Made by a program: the position numbers and the translations under genes | Assembly: GCA_040767085.1 (NCBI GenBank) | Contig: JAXGPF010000011.1 | Coordinates: forward strand, 32,001 to 96,000 | DNA from: Kiritimatiellia bacterium | GTDB taxonomy: Bacteria > Verrucomicrobiota > Kiritimatiellia > JAAZAB01 | DNA length: 64,000 nt | Direction: 5' to 3' | Shown: positions 39,212-48,925 of the stretch, piece by piece | Layout: every line of letters starts with the position of its first letter | Numbering within the stretch: position 1 is the first letter of the stretch | Notes under the pieces: generated by a model | The model's input: the letters and a program-made list of their open reading frames with translations, nothing else | The model's database searches: none | Told to the model about the DNA's origin: nothing

Positions 39212-40993
39212 TCACCTGAAATTAAAAAGCGCGCCCTGCGGCAGGTATTCGTAACAGCCCATGTCCGCCCGGCCGGAAAACCGGTCAATGCGAGCGTGCC
39301 CGTCCAAGTCCCTGGCTCCAACCATCCACGCCAAGTTCGTGCCGGCATTGACCCCGGGCGACTGGCCGGCCAGCCGGTAATTCCCCGCGCTGTAACCGGC
39401 GAACACCGGCGTATTGGCGATGTTGCCCTGCTCTGTATTGGTCAACTCCGGGCTGCAGGAATAATAAAACGCATCCTGGTCGGCTGGATTTAAATCCGGA
39501 TAATTCCAGGTCGCCCCGCAGCGGTTGGACGCAATCACGCAATTCAGGATTTCCGTGTGTTCAGGCATCACATTCAGCCCGCCGTAATCCCGTTGGGTTT
39601 GGTTGTCGGCGATCGTGCAGGACTCCACCCGCAAATCCAGCGGATTCGGCCCGCTCCATCTGCACGTAATGTCACCGAAAAGATAAATTCCTCCTCCCAT
39701 CGCATAGGAAATGGTCGAGCGGTTGCTGGCAACCAGGCAGTTCTGCGCCACGACACAAGCGCTGCCGGTGGCGACCAGCATGCCTCCGCCATACATGCTG
39801 ACTTCATTGGATACAATCTCGCAATTGCTGACGATTGCCGTGCCATGGGTCCAGATCCAGACTCCCCCGCCGTAACGGCCGCCATGATTGCCGAAAATCC
39901 GGCAATCGACCACCGTCAGCATGCCGGAGGATGTGTTGGGGGTACCAAAAGGATACCCATCCGCGATCCCGGCGCCATAGCCCGAGTCCGCACTACCGGT
40001 GTTGTGACTGAAGACGCAATTGCTGACCAGGGTGCTGCACTCCGGGAGGGAACGCATTACATTCAATCCTCCTCCGGTGCTTAGCGCGTAATTGTGGGTG
40101 ACAATGCTGTCGCGCAGGATCAGCGATCCGGCGGAATACACATAAATGCCGCCGCCACGCAACGCGGATGTGTTATTGCTGATTACACATCCCGTCAACA
40201 ACGCATTTGTGCCGGATACAAAAACGCCGCCACCATCGGCATAGCTTGCTTTCGTTACCGCATTGTTGGCAATCAGACAGTTGGAAATAATCGTATTGGC
40301 TTCAGCATATATGCCGCCGCCGTCTTCCAGCGCCGCATTGCTGCAAACCGTTGAATCCAAAACTTTATTGCCTGCCCGCAAAAAGATTCCGCCGCCGTAT
40401 GTGTCTAAAATAGTATTGGTCAGCCAGTTGTTGCTGATTATGCAATCCACAATCAACGCGTTGGCGCCATATTCCACGGCTACCCCGCCGCCCCGCCGGT
40501 CGCCATAATTTTTCGTCACCACGCAGTTGGAAACAGCTCCACGCGTCATATAAACTCCGCCGCCATGACCATTCTGATCTTCCCGCACGCCATTGCCCCC
40601 GGTGATGGTGAACCCGGAGACGATGGCGTTGGAATGGGTGATATACAGCGGCGAGCAAGTCTCTTTCCCGTCTATGATCGTGTTCTCCCGGTCTTCGCCG
40701 CCGCCGGCGGCTTCATTCCAACTGCGCAAACGCACCGCCTTGTCCAGCAAAATTCGCGTAGTGACGTCATAGGTTCCGGTGGCCACCATGACTGTCCCGT
40801 CCACGGGCGCTTGATACACGTCGTTGCTGATCGTCAGGTACGGCTTCCCGGCCTTGCCGTCGCCCTCCGTATCATTGCCGGTGGCCGCCACGTAAACGGT
40901 TTGCGCCCCGATGACCGCCGCGCCGGCCAGCCACAATGCCGCCCAGGCCGCCCGGCGGCCGCTAATTCCGCATGATTGTTGCCGTGTCTTCAT
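39212..40993 (-). CDS. Secreted right-handed beta-helix protein with choice-of-anchor-Q-like C-terminus
   Basis: Signal peptide, VYVAATGND, many GGG(I/V)(Y/F) and SNC.I..N repeats; ends YRL...SPGVNAG...DLDG..RI....ADMGCYEY. Confidence 0.85.
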   Translation of the reverse strand: MKTRQQSCGISGRRAAWAALWLAGAAVIGAQTVYVAATGNDTEGDGKAGKPYLTISNDVYQAPVDGTVMVATGTYDVTTRILLDKAVRLRSWNEAAGGGEDRENTIIDGKETCSPLYITHSNAIVSGFTITGGNGVREDQNGHGGGVYMTRGAVSNCVVTKNYGDRRGGGVAVEYGANALIVDCIISNNWLTNTILDTYGGGIFLRAGNKVLDSTVCSNAALEDGGGIYAEANTIISNCLIANNAVTKASYADGGGVFVSGTNALLTGCVISNNTSALRGGGIYVYSAGSLILRDSIVTHNYALSTGGGLNVMRSLPECSTLVSNCVFSHNTGSADSGYGAGIADGYPFGTPNTSSGMLTVVDCRIFGNHGGRYGGGVWIWTHGTAIVSNCEIVSNEVSMYGGGMLVATGSACVVAQNCLVASNRSTISYAMGGGIYLFGDITCRWSGPNPLDLRVESCTIADNQTQRDYGGLNVMPEHTEILNCVIASNRCGATWNYPDLNPADQDAFYYSCSPELTNTEQGNIANTPVFAGYSAGNYRLAGQSPGVNAGTNLAWMVGARDLDGHARIDRFSGRADMGCYEYLPQGALFNFR

Positions 40994-41113
40994 TCCTGAA
41001 ACAACCCTTTCACAATTATACCGTCACGAACAGTAAATATAGCATAAACACCAGCAATCCGCATCATAAATTAAATGTAATATTTTGGAAAGTAACCAGA
41101 ACTAAACCGGACA

Positions 41114-44100
41114 TTATGGCAAAATGGAATCGTCCTGAAACGCCGTGGCCGTGGAACCCAATTCCAACTGCAACCCGCTGACCCATATTTCATCTCCGCG
41201 GGATGGACGCATCAGTATCTCGCGGCCATTTTTCACAAAACTTTCCGATCGAGCCTCCACGTACAGATTGGTTTGGAAACGCTGCCAGTTGGTTGTGACA
41301 TTCACCGTAAACGATTGATAATCAAAACCCGTCCAGGAATCTCCTCCGACGTTCAACCGCACCCAGAGTTGATCGCCATTCTTACCCCCGCGCGCGTAAA
41401 ACGAGAAGGTCATTTCAGCGCTCACCGGAGGATACATCACGCCAAAGGTTCCCCATGTCTCTGGCTCCGGGTATTCATCGGTCGTGCAACGGTAAACCCG
41501 CAGCGCCGGGCGCATGCCATCCCAGCAATTTTCATGATCCACATACCATGTGGAACCCGTCTCCCCAGCCAGCACATCCACGCTATTGTTAAAATAAGGC
41601 CGGTAGAAATCCGGTATGTTCGCATTGAACTGACGCTCGAAACACGGGTTCGGACAGTAATTCTTGCCCGCCTGCATCTGGGCGATGATCTCGTCTATCG
41701 CCACATGCGCCGCCGGTAAATCCGGTCTTTCGGTCATTGACACCGCCGCCTGCACTGGCTCGGAATTGGACGCCAGGGTCAGGCGGTAGGCGTGCGTGCC
41801 GTAGCCTTCGATCAGATCACTGAACGATTCGCCGTTCAACGTCAACGCGCCGCATGTATTGAACAAGTCCGCGCCGGCAAGCAAGCCCGCCACCGTAAAC
41901 GTGGTTGCCACGGCGTTGGAATTGACGTTGACCGCCAGCAGCAGGTGATCGCTCGCCGGGTATTTGTAGACCGCGGCGTTGACCATGGGGAACTGCTGCG
42001 CCGCCGGATTCAAGGGCCCGGGCGTATAGGTGATATTCTGGGCGATGTCGCCATTGAGCAGCGCCGGCGCCAATTCATTCATCTGGCAGGCGACTTCCTG
42101 CAAAGCCTCCCAGGCATGCGTGCCGACCACGTTTGGATAGCTAAAATATAACAAACCGCGCGCGCCATAGAGCACCGCCGCATACGCCTGGCATAGCATG
42201 TGGGTCTGGTTCATACCAACCGGCGAGCGCAAGGGATCCAACGTATTCCCCACCGGCACAAACCACATGACTTTTCCATCGGCCCGGCAGCGTTCCCGTA
42301 ATTGCCAGGCGTAATACGCCGTGCCGCGGCCGGGATCGTTGTAGAGCCCGCCCATGAACACCCCGGGATATACGTCATACCCCAGCACGTCGCCCCAGCG
42401 CGTCCAGTTGCCGCCCGCCGGGATTGAGCGGGCATACAGCAACCACTTTGGTCGGTACGGGTCAACGGGGTGCACGGTGTTCCAATACCATTCCGCCACG
42501 GCAATTCTCTCGTCGGGATTGTTCAGGTTGGGTTCATCTACACTATAATAGGCCAACAGGTTGGAATGGGCGCTCATAATCGTCGTCTCGTTTGTGATTG
42601 CCGGCAGCATATTGGTATACCAGGCCCCATGTACGGCCAGCCGCTCCGCCAGGGTTGGATAAAGATTCGTGTCCAGCACCGGCGGACAGATTGCTGAATT
42701 CCAATTAATGACTGCCATGCCATATTGATCCGCCAGATTCATGAATTGATCAGTATTGGTATAGCTCGATTGCACCCGGATCAGAGTGTTGAAGCCCACC
42801 TGGCTGAATAAGGCAAACATATCCTCCTCTCCATCCGGAAGGTTGCGTTTACCCAGACTGTTGCAATACAACCCGATCGGGAAGAACGGCGCCCCGTCGC
42901 GCAGGATGATCCCCTTGCGCAAATCAACCTTGACCTCACCGCCGCCTGAACGGGGACTTCGCACAAGGATGTCCATCTGGCAGGAGCGCAGCAATTCGCC
43001 GGAATTCCGGCGCAACTCCACCGTGATTGTGTTCGTCCCGGCCGGCAGCGCGGCCGTGGTAAACACCAGGCTGGTTTCCACGCCCGGCGCGGAGTTGGTT
43101 CCCAGCGTGATACCCTGCGCATCCTTGGCGACCAGGTAATAATTTCCCCCAAAACCAGAAGTGGAGGCAATATCCAGCGTACAAATTGCCACGGCATCCT
43201 CCCCTGTATAATAATTCCGATCCGGCTGAGCCGAGAGGATCTGCACCATTTGTGCGATTTCGCTTGCGTTAAAGGCGCGATCATACAAGCGTACATCATC
43301 AACCGCACCATTATAATAGTAACCTGAGCTGGAACGTCCGATTTTCAGCGATGCCGCGTTCGATGCCAATGTCAGCGCACGGGACTGGGCGCCCTTTTCC
43401 ATGCCATTGTAATATCCTCTCAACACCTGCCCGTCATATGTTGCGGCGACATGACACCATTCGCCAACGGCAAAATTAGTCGCCGGAATGTAGATATCCG
43501 CCAGGTTTGTCCCGCCTCCGCCGATACACATGCGCAGCCACCCATTCGGGTAAAACATCCATTGATACGGCGCGGACGCCCACCCGCCAGAATATTTCCC
43601 GATTACACATTGATTTATATCGAGCCTGTTCGGCCTTAACCAGCAAGCTATTGTAAACGCGTTATTGTCGTTGAAGTTGAAGATGTTATCTTTCCCGCAG
43701 TCTAGATAATCATCGACCCCATCAAAATACAGGGATGTGCAATTTCCATCGGCATCGAGTTGCCCGGCAACCCATGCGGACTCGTCCATATTGCATAGAA
43801 CGGCATGATTTGTGAACACGGAGCAATCAGACGCGTTTGTTCCGATGCCTTCATTCATTTGCCAATGGCCAATTTTATTTTCGTATATATCTCTGATATC
43901 ATTCGCCTCCAATTTGTAATTGCAAATTACTGTGTCATCTATATCGCCATGATAAAAATAGCCGCCGGCGCTGGATCTCCCAATTCTAAGCGACGCCGTG
44001 TTTGAGGCTAATGTCAACGCCCTGACCTTGACAACCTGTTCAACACCGTTAAGATAACCTCTCAATACCTGACCGTCATATGTCGCGGCGGCATGACACC

Positions 44101-44611
44101 ATTCACCAACTGTAAAAATTGTCGCCGGAATGCAGACATCGGCCCAGTTTGTCCCGCCGCCACCGATACACATGCGCAACCGGCCATCAGCATAAAACGC
44201 CCATTGGAATGGCGCGGATGCCCACCCGCCGGGATATTTCCCAATGACAAACTGATTCATACCGAAGCTGAGCGGCCGCAGCCAACAAGCCACCGTAAAT
44301 GCGTTGTTGTCCTGAAAATTAAAAATGTTGTCCGTCCCGCAATTCACATAGTTGCTGCCAATCGGTCCATAAAAACGTAAAGCCGTCCGGCCGACGCCCG
44401 GAGTCCAATTATCCGCGGCATTGGTCGTATACAGCGCGCCATGATGTCCATAACCCGAAATGTCGGCGATATTGGTGCCGGCGCCTTCATTGAACCGCCA
44501 ATACCCCACGATGTTGCTGCTCGCTGCAGCGTTCATCAACATGGCGCTAATCCATATTGCGCAACAACTCAACCGGGGCATCAACCATCCCGCATGATGA
44601 CATTCTCTCAT
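41114..44611 (-). CDS. Secreted protein: two LamG-like jellyroll domains, putative GH TIM barrel, CBM-like domain
   Basis: GYWRFNEG.G...D.SG; W.H.AATYDG..LRGY.NG twice; DRNYYT, DGAPFFPIGLY, YYSVDEPN, NPCFE, QLELGS.AT.F. Start 44611 follows a GGAAGGA RBS. Confidence 0.8.
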   Translation of the reverse strand: MRECHHAGWLMPRLSCCAIWISAMLMNAAASSNIVGYWRFNEGAGTNIADISGYGHHGALYTTNAADNWTPGVGRTALRFYGPIGSNYVNCGTDNIFNFQDNNAFTVACWLRPLSFGMNQFVIGKYPGGWASAPFQWAFYADGRLRMCIGGGGTNWADVCIPATIFTVGEWCHAAATYDGQVLRGYLNGVEQVVKVRALTLASNTASLRIGRSSAGGYFYHGDIDDTVICNYKLEANDIRDIYENKIGHWQMNEGIGTNASDCSVFTNHAVLCNMDESAWVAGQLDADGNCTSLYFDGVDDYLDCGKDNIFNFNDNNAFTIACWLRPNRLDINQCVIGKYSGGWASAPYQWMFYPNGWLRMCIGGGGTNLADIYIPATNFAVGEWCHVAATYDGQVLRGYYNGMEKGAQSRALTLASNAASLKIGRSSSGYYYNGAVDDVRLYDRAFNASEIAQMVQILSAQPDRNYYTGEDAVAICTLDIASTSGFGGNYYLVAKDAQGITLGTNSAPGVETSLVFTTAALPAGTNTITVELRRNSGELLRSCQMDILVRSPRSGGGEVKVDLRKGIILRDGAPFFPIGLYCNSLGKRNLPDGEEDMFALFSQVGFNTLIRVQSSYTNTDQFMNLADQYGMAVINWNSAICPPVLDTNLYPTLAERLAVHGAWYTNMLPAITNETTIMSAHSNLLAYYSVDEPNLNNPDERIAVAEWYWNTVHPVDPYRPKWLLYARSIPAGGNWTRWGDVLGYDVYPGVFMGGLYNDPGRGTAYYAWQLRERCRADGKVMWFVPVGNTLDPLRSPVGMNQTHMLCQAYAAVLYGARGLLYFSYPNVVGTHAWEALQEVACQMNELAPALLNGDIAQNITYTPGPLNPAAQQFPMVNAAVYKYPASDHLLLAVNVNSNAVATTFTVAGLLAGADLFNTCGALTLNGESFSDLIEGYGTHAYRLTLASNSEPVQAAVSMTERPDLPAAHVAIDEIIAQMQAGKNYCPNPCFERQFNANIPDFYRPYFNNSVDVLAGETGSTWYVDHENCWDGMRPALRVYRCTTDEYPEPETWGTFGVMYPPVSAEMTFSFYARGGKNGDQLWVRLNVGGDSWTGFDYQSFTVNVTTNWQRFQTNLYVEARSESFVKNGREILMRPSRGDEIWVSGLQLELGSTATAFQDDSILP
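43290..44350 (-). repeat. Tandem intragenic duplication of the LamG domain
   Basis: CG.DNIFNF.DNNAFT.ACWLRP...IGKY.GGWASAP.QW.FY..G.LRMCIGGGGTN.AD..IPAT.F.VGEWCH occurs twice with visibly high DNA similarity. Confidence 0.85.
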
Positions 44612-44724
44612 CGCTGGTTCCTTCCCGTTTGTTTCCGCGGATGCCGGCGTAATAACCAGCCGGGCTTCCCGCAGCGAGTTTCGGCTCCGACGTTTTTCCC
44701 AAGTATTATCATAATATATTAGGA

Positions 44725-44742
44725 GCGCAATATTGCGCAATA
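44725..44742. promoter_or_regulatory. Overlapping perfect palindromes, candidate operator
   Basis: GCGCAATATTGCGC (44725-44738) and TATTGCGCAATA (44731-44742) in the AT-rich region upstream of 44611. Confidence 0.45.
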
Positions 44743-45062
44743 ATGAAAATACTAAATATTTGAATTCTGTCAAACATTTTTTACCATGGATGCGGCAATT
44801 CTTGCATGCGGGTCCCTTGTGGCTAAATTGAAAATATTCCTGCAATCCCATAAAAATGGGGCGACAAGGGCGACATGGTGATAAGTTGCAAGGGAACGGC
44901 ATCGGCTAGAAATGATCGCTGGAGCGCGCCGGCATGGAACCAACATTAAGTCAAGGCGCGGGAAAGTCTCAGCCGGAAGGCCGCGGATTTTCAGCGATTT
45001 AGCGAAAGTAACGGCGCTTTGCCGTTTTAAACTTTACGGCCACGCGCCAATGCTTTCGCCAA

Positions 45063-46184
45063 TCAGATTTTCGCCGATGATTTCCGGAAAAACAGCGGAC
45101 ATGGAACCAAAGCCTTGATTCCCGGCTCGATTATGCCATCCAGTTGGCTCAACAACAGGTGCATGGCTGCCACACCCATCGCAGTATAGCCTTGATCCGC
45201 CGAGGTGATTGCCGGATTAAACTGCTCAGCCATGGCGGTGTTATCGAATCCGGTCACGGCCATGTCTTCCGGAACGCGCAAGCCCCTTTCGCGCAACCGT
45301 GAAACCAGTCCTATGGCCAGGTAATCCGTGCAGCACACCATTGCGTCGGGAAGGATTTTGCGATCGCGCAAAATATTTTCGGCCAGCTCAGCGCCGTTGT
45401 TTAAAACCAATCCGTCCAAGTCCATGTGAACCAGCCGCGGGTCAAGCTCGCTTCCCCTGGTTTTCAGCGCATCGCAATAACCCCGGTATCGCTCGGTAAT
45501 AAATAAGCGCCCGGTGTGGTCCCCGGCAAACCCGATCCGCCGGCGGCCGGAATCAAGCAAATGCGCGGTCAGGTCAAATACTGCCGAGTAATTATTCCGC
45601 AAAACGCAGGTTAATTCAGGGTGATTCAAATACGAATTGATAAAAATGGTTTTACGGGATATTGCGGCCAGCTTTGCCGGCGCGGCCGGATAAAAATTAG
45701 TGAATGAATCTATCCATATTACGCCGTCGTAATTTCGGGCCGCATCGCTGATCACAGCCCCGGCATTCTTGCCGTCTATTATTTCACTGCGGTCAATTTC
45801 GCGCACATCCAGGGCGTGGCCTTCATTTGACGAACGGCTGATAATCGCCTGCGCCGCTTCGCTATGCGGCAGGGATCTACCGATCGGCCAGAACAACAAT
45901 ATTTTGTATGATTGCCGTGCCTGCTTCTTGACCGGCCGGTGGGACGCCACATACGTCCCTCTTGAAACCACCCGGTTAAGGTATCCTTCCCGCGCCAGCT
46001 TTTGCAAGGCCGCGCGCGCGACAATCAACCCGAGATTGTATTCCGCCGCGATCTGGCGTTCCGGCGCGAATTTTTCGCCAACCGGAATTTTTTTTATTTC
46101 CGGAATCAACAAATCGGCCAGTTGTAAATAAAGCGGCTTGGCGGAATTTTTATTGAGATTTTTCATGATCGGCGGCAGGTTCAC
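45063..46184 (-). CDS. GntR-HTH plus LacI-type sensor domain regulator
   Basis: PLYLQL, PERQIAAEY, L..EGYL.R..SRGTYV, SGRRRIGF, ERYRGY, GLRVPEDMAVTGFDN. Confidence 0.9.
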   Translation of the reverse strand: MNLPPIMKNLNKNSAKPLYLQLADLLIPEIKKIPVGEKFAPERQIAAEYNLGLIVARAALQKLAREGYLNRVVSRGTYVASHRPVKKQARQSYKILLFWPIGRSLPHSEAAQAIISRSSNEGHALDVREIDRSEIIDGKNAGAVISDAARNYDGVIWIDSFTNFYPAAPAKLAAISRKTIFINSYLNHPELTCVLRNNYSAVFDLTAHLLDSGRRRIGFAGDHTGRLFITERYRGYCDALKTRGSELDPRLVHMDLDGLVLNNGAELAENILRDRKILPDAMVCCTDYLAIGLVSRLRERGLRVPEDMAVTGFDNTAMAEQFNPAITSADQGYTAMGVAAMHLLLSQLDGIIEPGIKALVPCPLFFRKSSAKI

Positions 46185-46406
46185 CTGAAATTAAAAAAGC
46201 GCGCCCGGCGACAGATATGCGTAACAGCCCATGTCCGCCCGGCCGGAAAACCGGTCAATGCGAGCGTGCCCGTCCAAGTCCCTGGCTCCAGCCATCCGCG
46301 CCAGGTTCGTGCCGGCATTGACCCCGGGCGGCACGCCCGCCAGCCACAATGCCGCCCAGGCCATCCGGCCGGCTTTAGTCCAGCAGTTTGATTTGCAACT
46401 TTTCAT
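46181..46406 (-). pseudogene. Internally deleted mini-copy of the 39212-40993 beta-helix gene (signal peptide fused to C-terminal tail)
   Basis: 46181-46330 is near-identical to 39212-39360; 46335-46362 matches 40922-40949 (AWAALWLAG). Confidence 0.88.
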
Positions 46407-46626
46407 TGCCGAAACAATTTTTTCGCCATGAGCCGTATTGCCTGTGGAAAAACCAAAGCCCGTTTAACACCTGAATTTTGCACGAATATTGGCGTTGAAA
46501 TGATTTAAATTAATTTCAGGTAATAGCAAATTTAACTCGATTAATACGCCAGGGCAAGCCGTAAAATATTTCCCGCATGCATTGTTTATCCGCCGGCGCT
46601 GATTTATGCGCTGCTCAAGCAAAAGA

Positions 46627-48561
46627 TCAGCCGCTTGCGCCGCTGGCGGATAACGGACAGGCAACGCTGCCGCTCTCCGGCATATCCGGCCGCGTGGCAC
46701 GAAATCTTTGCCACCAGCGCGGCAGGCCGGCCTGCCACACGGATGCCAGGTCCAACGGCTGCGGCAGCCAGACCCGGTAGAGCGATTGCTCGCTCCACAA
46801 ATTGCCGGCGGACGCGAAATCGCAAAATGTAATCTTGCGCTGGCCGCCGCCTGGCTCCCGGAGCATCGCGTCAAACGCCAGCCAGACTCCATGCCGGCGC
46901 GCCGCGTCCGGATTGAAGGTCAATGCCACCGACCCATCCGCGGCCGCGTCCGGCTTCAGCAGCGCCGCCGCATCGGCCGCCGCCGGGCAGAGCCGGTTGT
47001 CCAAGGCCAGGACCAGCGGCCCGCGCATCAGCGCGAAACAATCATTGGGACTGCCGGCCGGCGCGTCCATAAGCCGGCCGCGCAGGTCAAGCTGCAATGC
47101 CACCGTATCCCCGGTACGCCATTTCCGCCGGAGGACGGCATAAGTCCCGGCGCGGACTGCGCCTTCGTATGTTTGGCCGTTAACGGCCAGCGCATTCCGG
47201 ACGCTCCAGCCGGGAATCCGCAAGGAAATGGAAAATTCCGCCGGCCGCGCCGGCTGCACTGTTAACTTTATTGCTCCGGATGCCGGGTAGTCCGTTTCCT
47301 GGATCAGGCGGACTTTCACGCCGTCCGGCAGCCGGACCTCCGCTGTTAACGGGTTGTACAGGTTGACTACCGGCCCGCCAGCGCCGGACATCACCCCCCA
47401 GCGCGGCGTCAGCAGCATTCCGCGCGGCCCGCTGAGGACGCAACAGCTCGTGCCCGCATCCGCATGCTGGGCGTGGCTGGGCACGCGGTCGCCCGCCAGC
47501 CCGGAAAGATACCCCCACCATTGCCCCGCCGGCGCCAATGCTCCCAGCAACGCGTTATAAAGGCTGGTTTCCAGGGCATCGGCATACCGGGATGCCCCGG
47601 TGAGCCGCAGCAGTTGGAAACAAAATTTCATCCAGGTGGCGGTCACGCAGGTCTCGATGGCCACCGGCTCCGCCCCGCATTGCCGGCCGCGCGCGCCGCA
47701 CCAGACCTCGTGGTTGGAGCCGGAGCCGACAATGGTCAGCTCTTCTTCAAAAATGCCTTGCGCAAGTTTTACCGCCGCATCCAGATAGCGCCGGTTGCCA
47801 TCGGCGCGGTACAATTCGCACAAGCCTTCGTAACAGGACATCATTTCGTAGGCTTTCGGCGCCCCGCCAATCTGCGCGGGCGGCTTGCCGGCCAGGGCAT
47901 CCTCCACCAGCCGCAATCCTGCCGGCGACCAGTGATTTGCCCGGCTCCACTGGCTGACAATATGCCGGGCAAACTCCAGGTATTTCTTTTCCCTGGTGCG
48001 TTGATAAAGCAATGCTATCGGTTCCAGCACGGAACTGGGCGGCAAACCCTTCCAGTGCGGATAGCCGATGGCGGCAATATTCTCGCCGGCCGGCCCGCAC
48101 TCGGATATCAGGCTGTCAGCCTGCCGGCGGGCGGCGGCCAGGATGAAATCGTCGCCGGTAACATCGTAAATGCCGAGCAATCCCAGTAAAACATATTTGC
48201 GGCCCCAGACATCCCATCCTTGCAGATGATGTTCCTGCCGGCGTGTGCCGATGTAGCCGTCGGCGTCCTGCGTGGCTATCAAATCCCGGGCCGCCTGGCG
48301 CAGCAGATCAATATGTTTTTGAGCCGGCCAGTCGCCGCCGGCCAGCGCCGCGCCGGATGCCCATTTGCCCCAGTATTCGCAACGCCAGTCGCCATTGCCG
48401 ACTTCGTCTTTATCGCGGTATGGACGCAACAGGCGTTCCTGTTCCTGGCGCCATACGCTGTTATCTGCCATGGCGTCAAGCCGGCCGCCCAGGACGCCGC
48501 CCAGCCTTACCGCTCCGGGGCGGGCGGACTGCAAAATATCTGCCTGTTCCATCGCTTCCAT
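46627..48561 (-). CDS. GH127/GH146-like beta-L-arabinofuranosidase family protein
   Basis: W.CEYWGKW, TQD.DGYIG, WDVWGRKY, KAYEMMSC, ETC.T.TW, YADALE..LYN, SCC..SGPRG, TDYP.SG, RIP.WS, RGPLVLA. Confidence 0.88.
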   Translation of the reverse strand: MEAMEQADILQSARPGAVRLGGVLGGRLDAMADNSVWRQEQERLLRPYRDKDEVGNGDWRCEYWGKWASGAALAGGDWPAQKHIDLLRQAARDLIATQDADGYIGTRRQEHHLQGWDVWGRKYVLLGLLGIYDVTGDDFILAAARRQADSLISECGPAGENIAAIGYPHWKGLPPSSVLEPIALLYQRTREKKYLEFARHIVSQWSRANHWSPAGLRLVEDALAGKPPAQIGGAPKAYEMMSCYEGLCELYRADGNRRYLDAAVKLAQGIFEEELTIVGSGSNHEVWCGARGRQCGAEPVAIETCVTATWMKFCFQLLRLTGASRYADALETSLYNALLGALAPAGQWWGYLSGLAGDRVPSHAQHADAGTSCCVLSGPRGMLLTPRWGVMSGAGGPVVNLYNPLTAEVRLPDGVKVRLIQETDYPASGAIKLTVQPARPAEFSISLRIPGWSVRNALAVNGQTYEGAVRAGTYAVLRRKWRTGDTVALQLDLRGRLMDAPAGSPNDCFALMRGPLVLALDNRLCPAAADAAALLKPDAAADGSVALTFNPDAARRHGVWLAFDAMLREPGGGQRKITFCDFASAGNLWSEQSLYRVWLPQPLDLASVWQAGLPRWWQRFRATRPDMPESGSVACPLSASGASG

Positions 48562-48735
48562 AACGGATGGTCAATTTAACTCGATTCATCCGTCCAGGCA
48601 AGCGGCAAATGGATTTCGTAAATGGATTTTTGCCCGCGCCGGCAGTGCTTGTTTACCCGTCGCAGCCGCAAAGTCAGCCGACGGCGCCCGCCATGCGCCG
48701 ATTTCCAATCAGGGCTGCGTCATTCTCAGAACAGA

Positions 48736-48811
48736 CGGCTCGGTACGGAGACCTCGCCCTACCGTTTCATAAGCATTTGTCGTGGGTAGGGCGAGACCTC
48801 TGGGCGAGCCG
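48736..48811. repeat. REP-like inverted pair, flanked by a GCCGATTTCCAAT direct repeat
   Basis: CGGCTCG...CTCGCCCTACC / GGTAGGGCGAG...CGAGCCG; GCCGATTTCCAAT at about 48697 and 48829. Confidence 0.6.
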
Positions 48812-48925
48812 CCGAGAATGACACAGCCGCCGATTTCCAATGCAAAACATCAACTGGCGGATTGCATCCCGGGCAAGGATGTGTTATTTTCCCAAAGGAT
48901 TGGAGATATCCGCGGATCAACAGAC

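Noticed and set aside
44612-44902. Upstream extension of ORF 41114-44902
   Set aside because: AT-rich promoter-like DNA; the RBS and signal peptide fit a start at 44611.
39212-46330. DGR template/variable repeat pair (39212-39360 vs 46181-46330)
   Set aside because: Mismatches are mixed (T/C, A/C, C/T on the coding strand), not confined to adenines of one copy. No reverse transcriptase is in the window, and microhomology deletion explains the copy.
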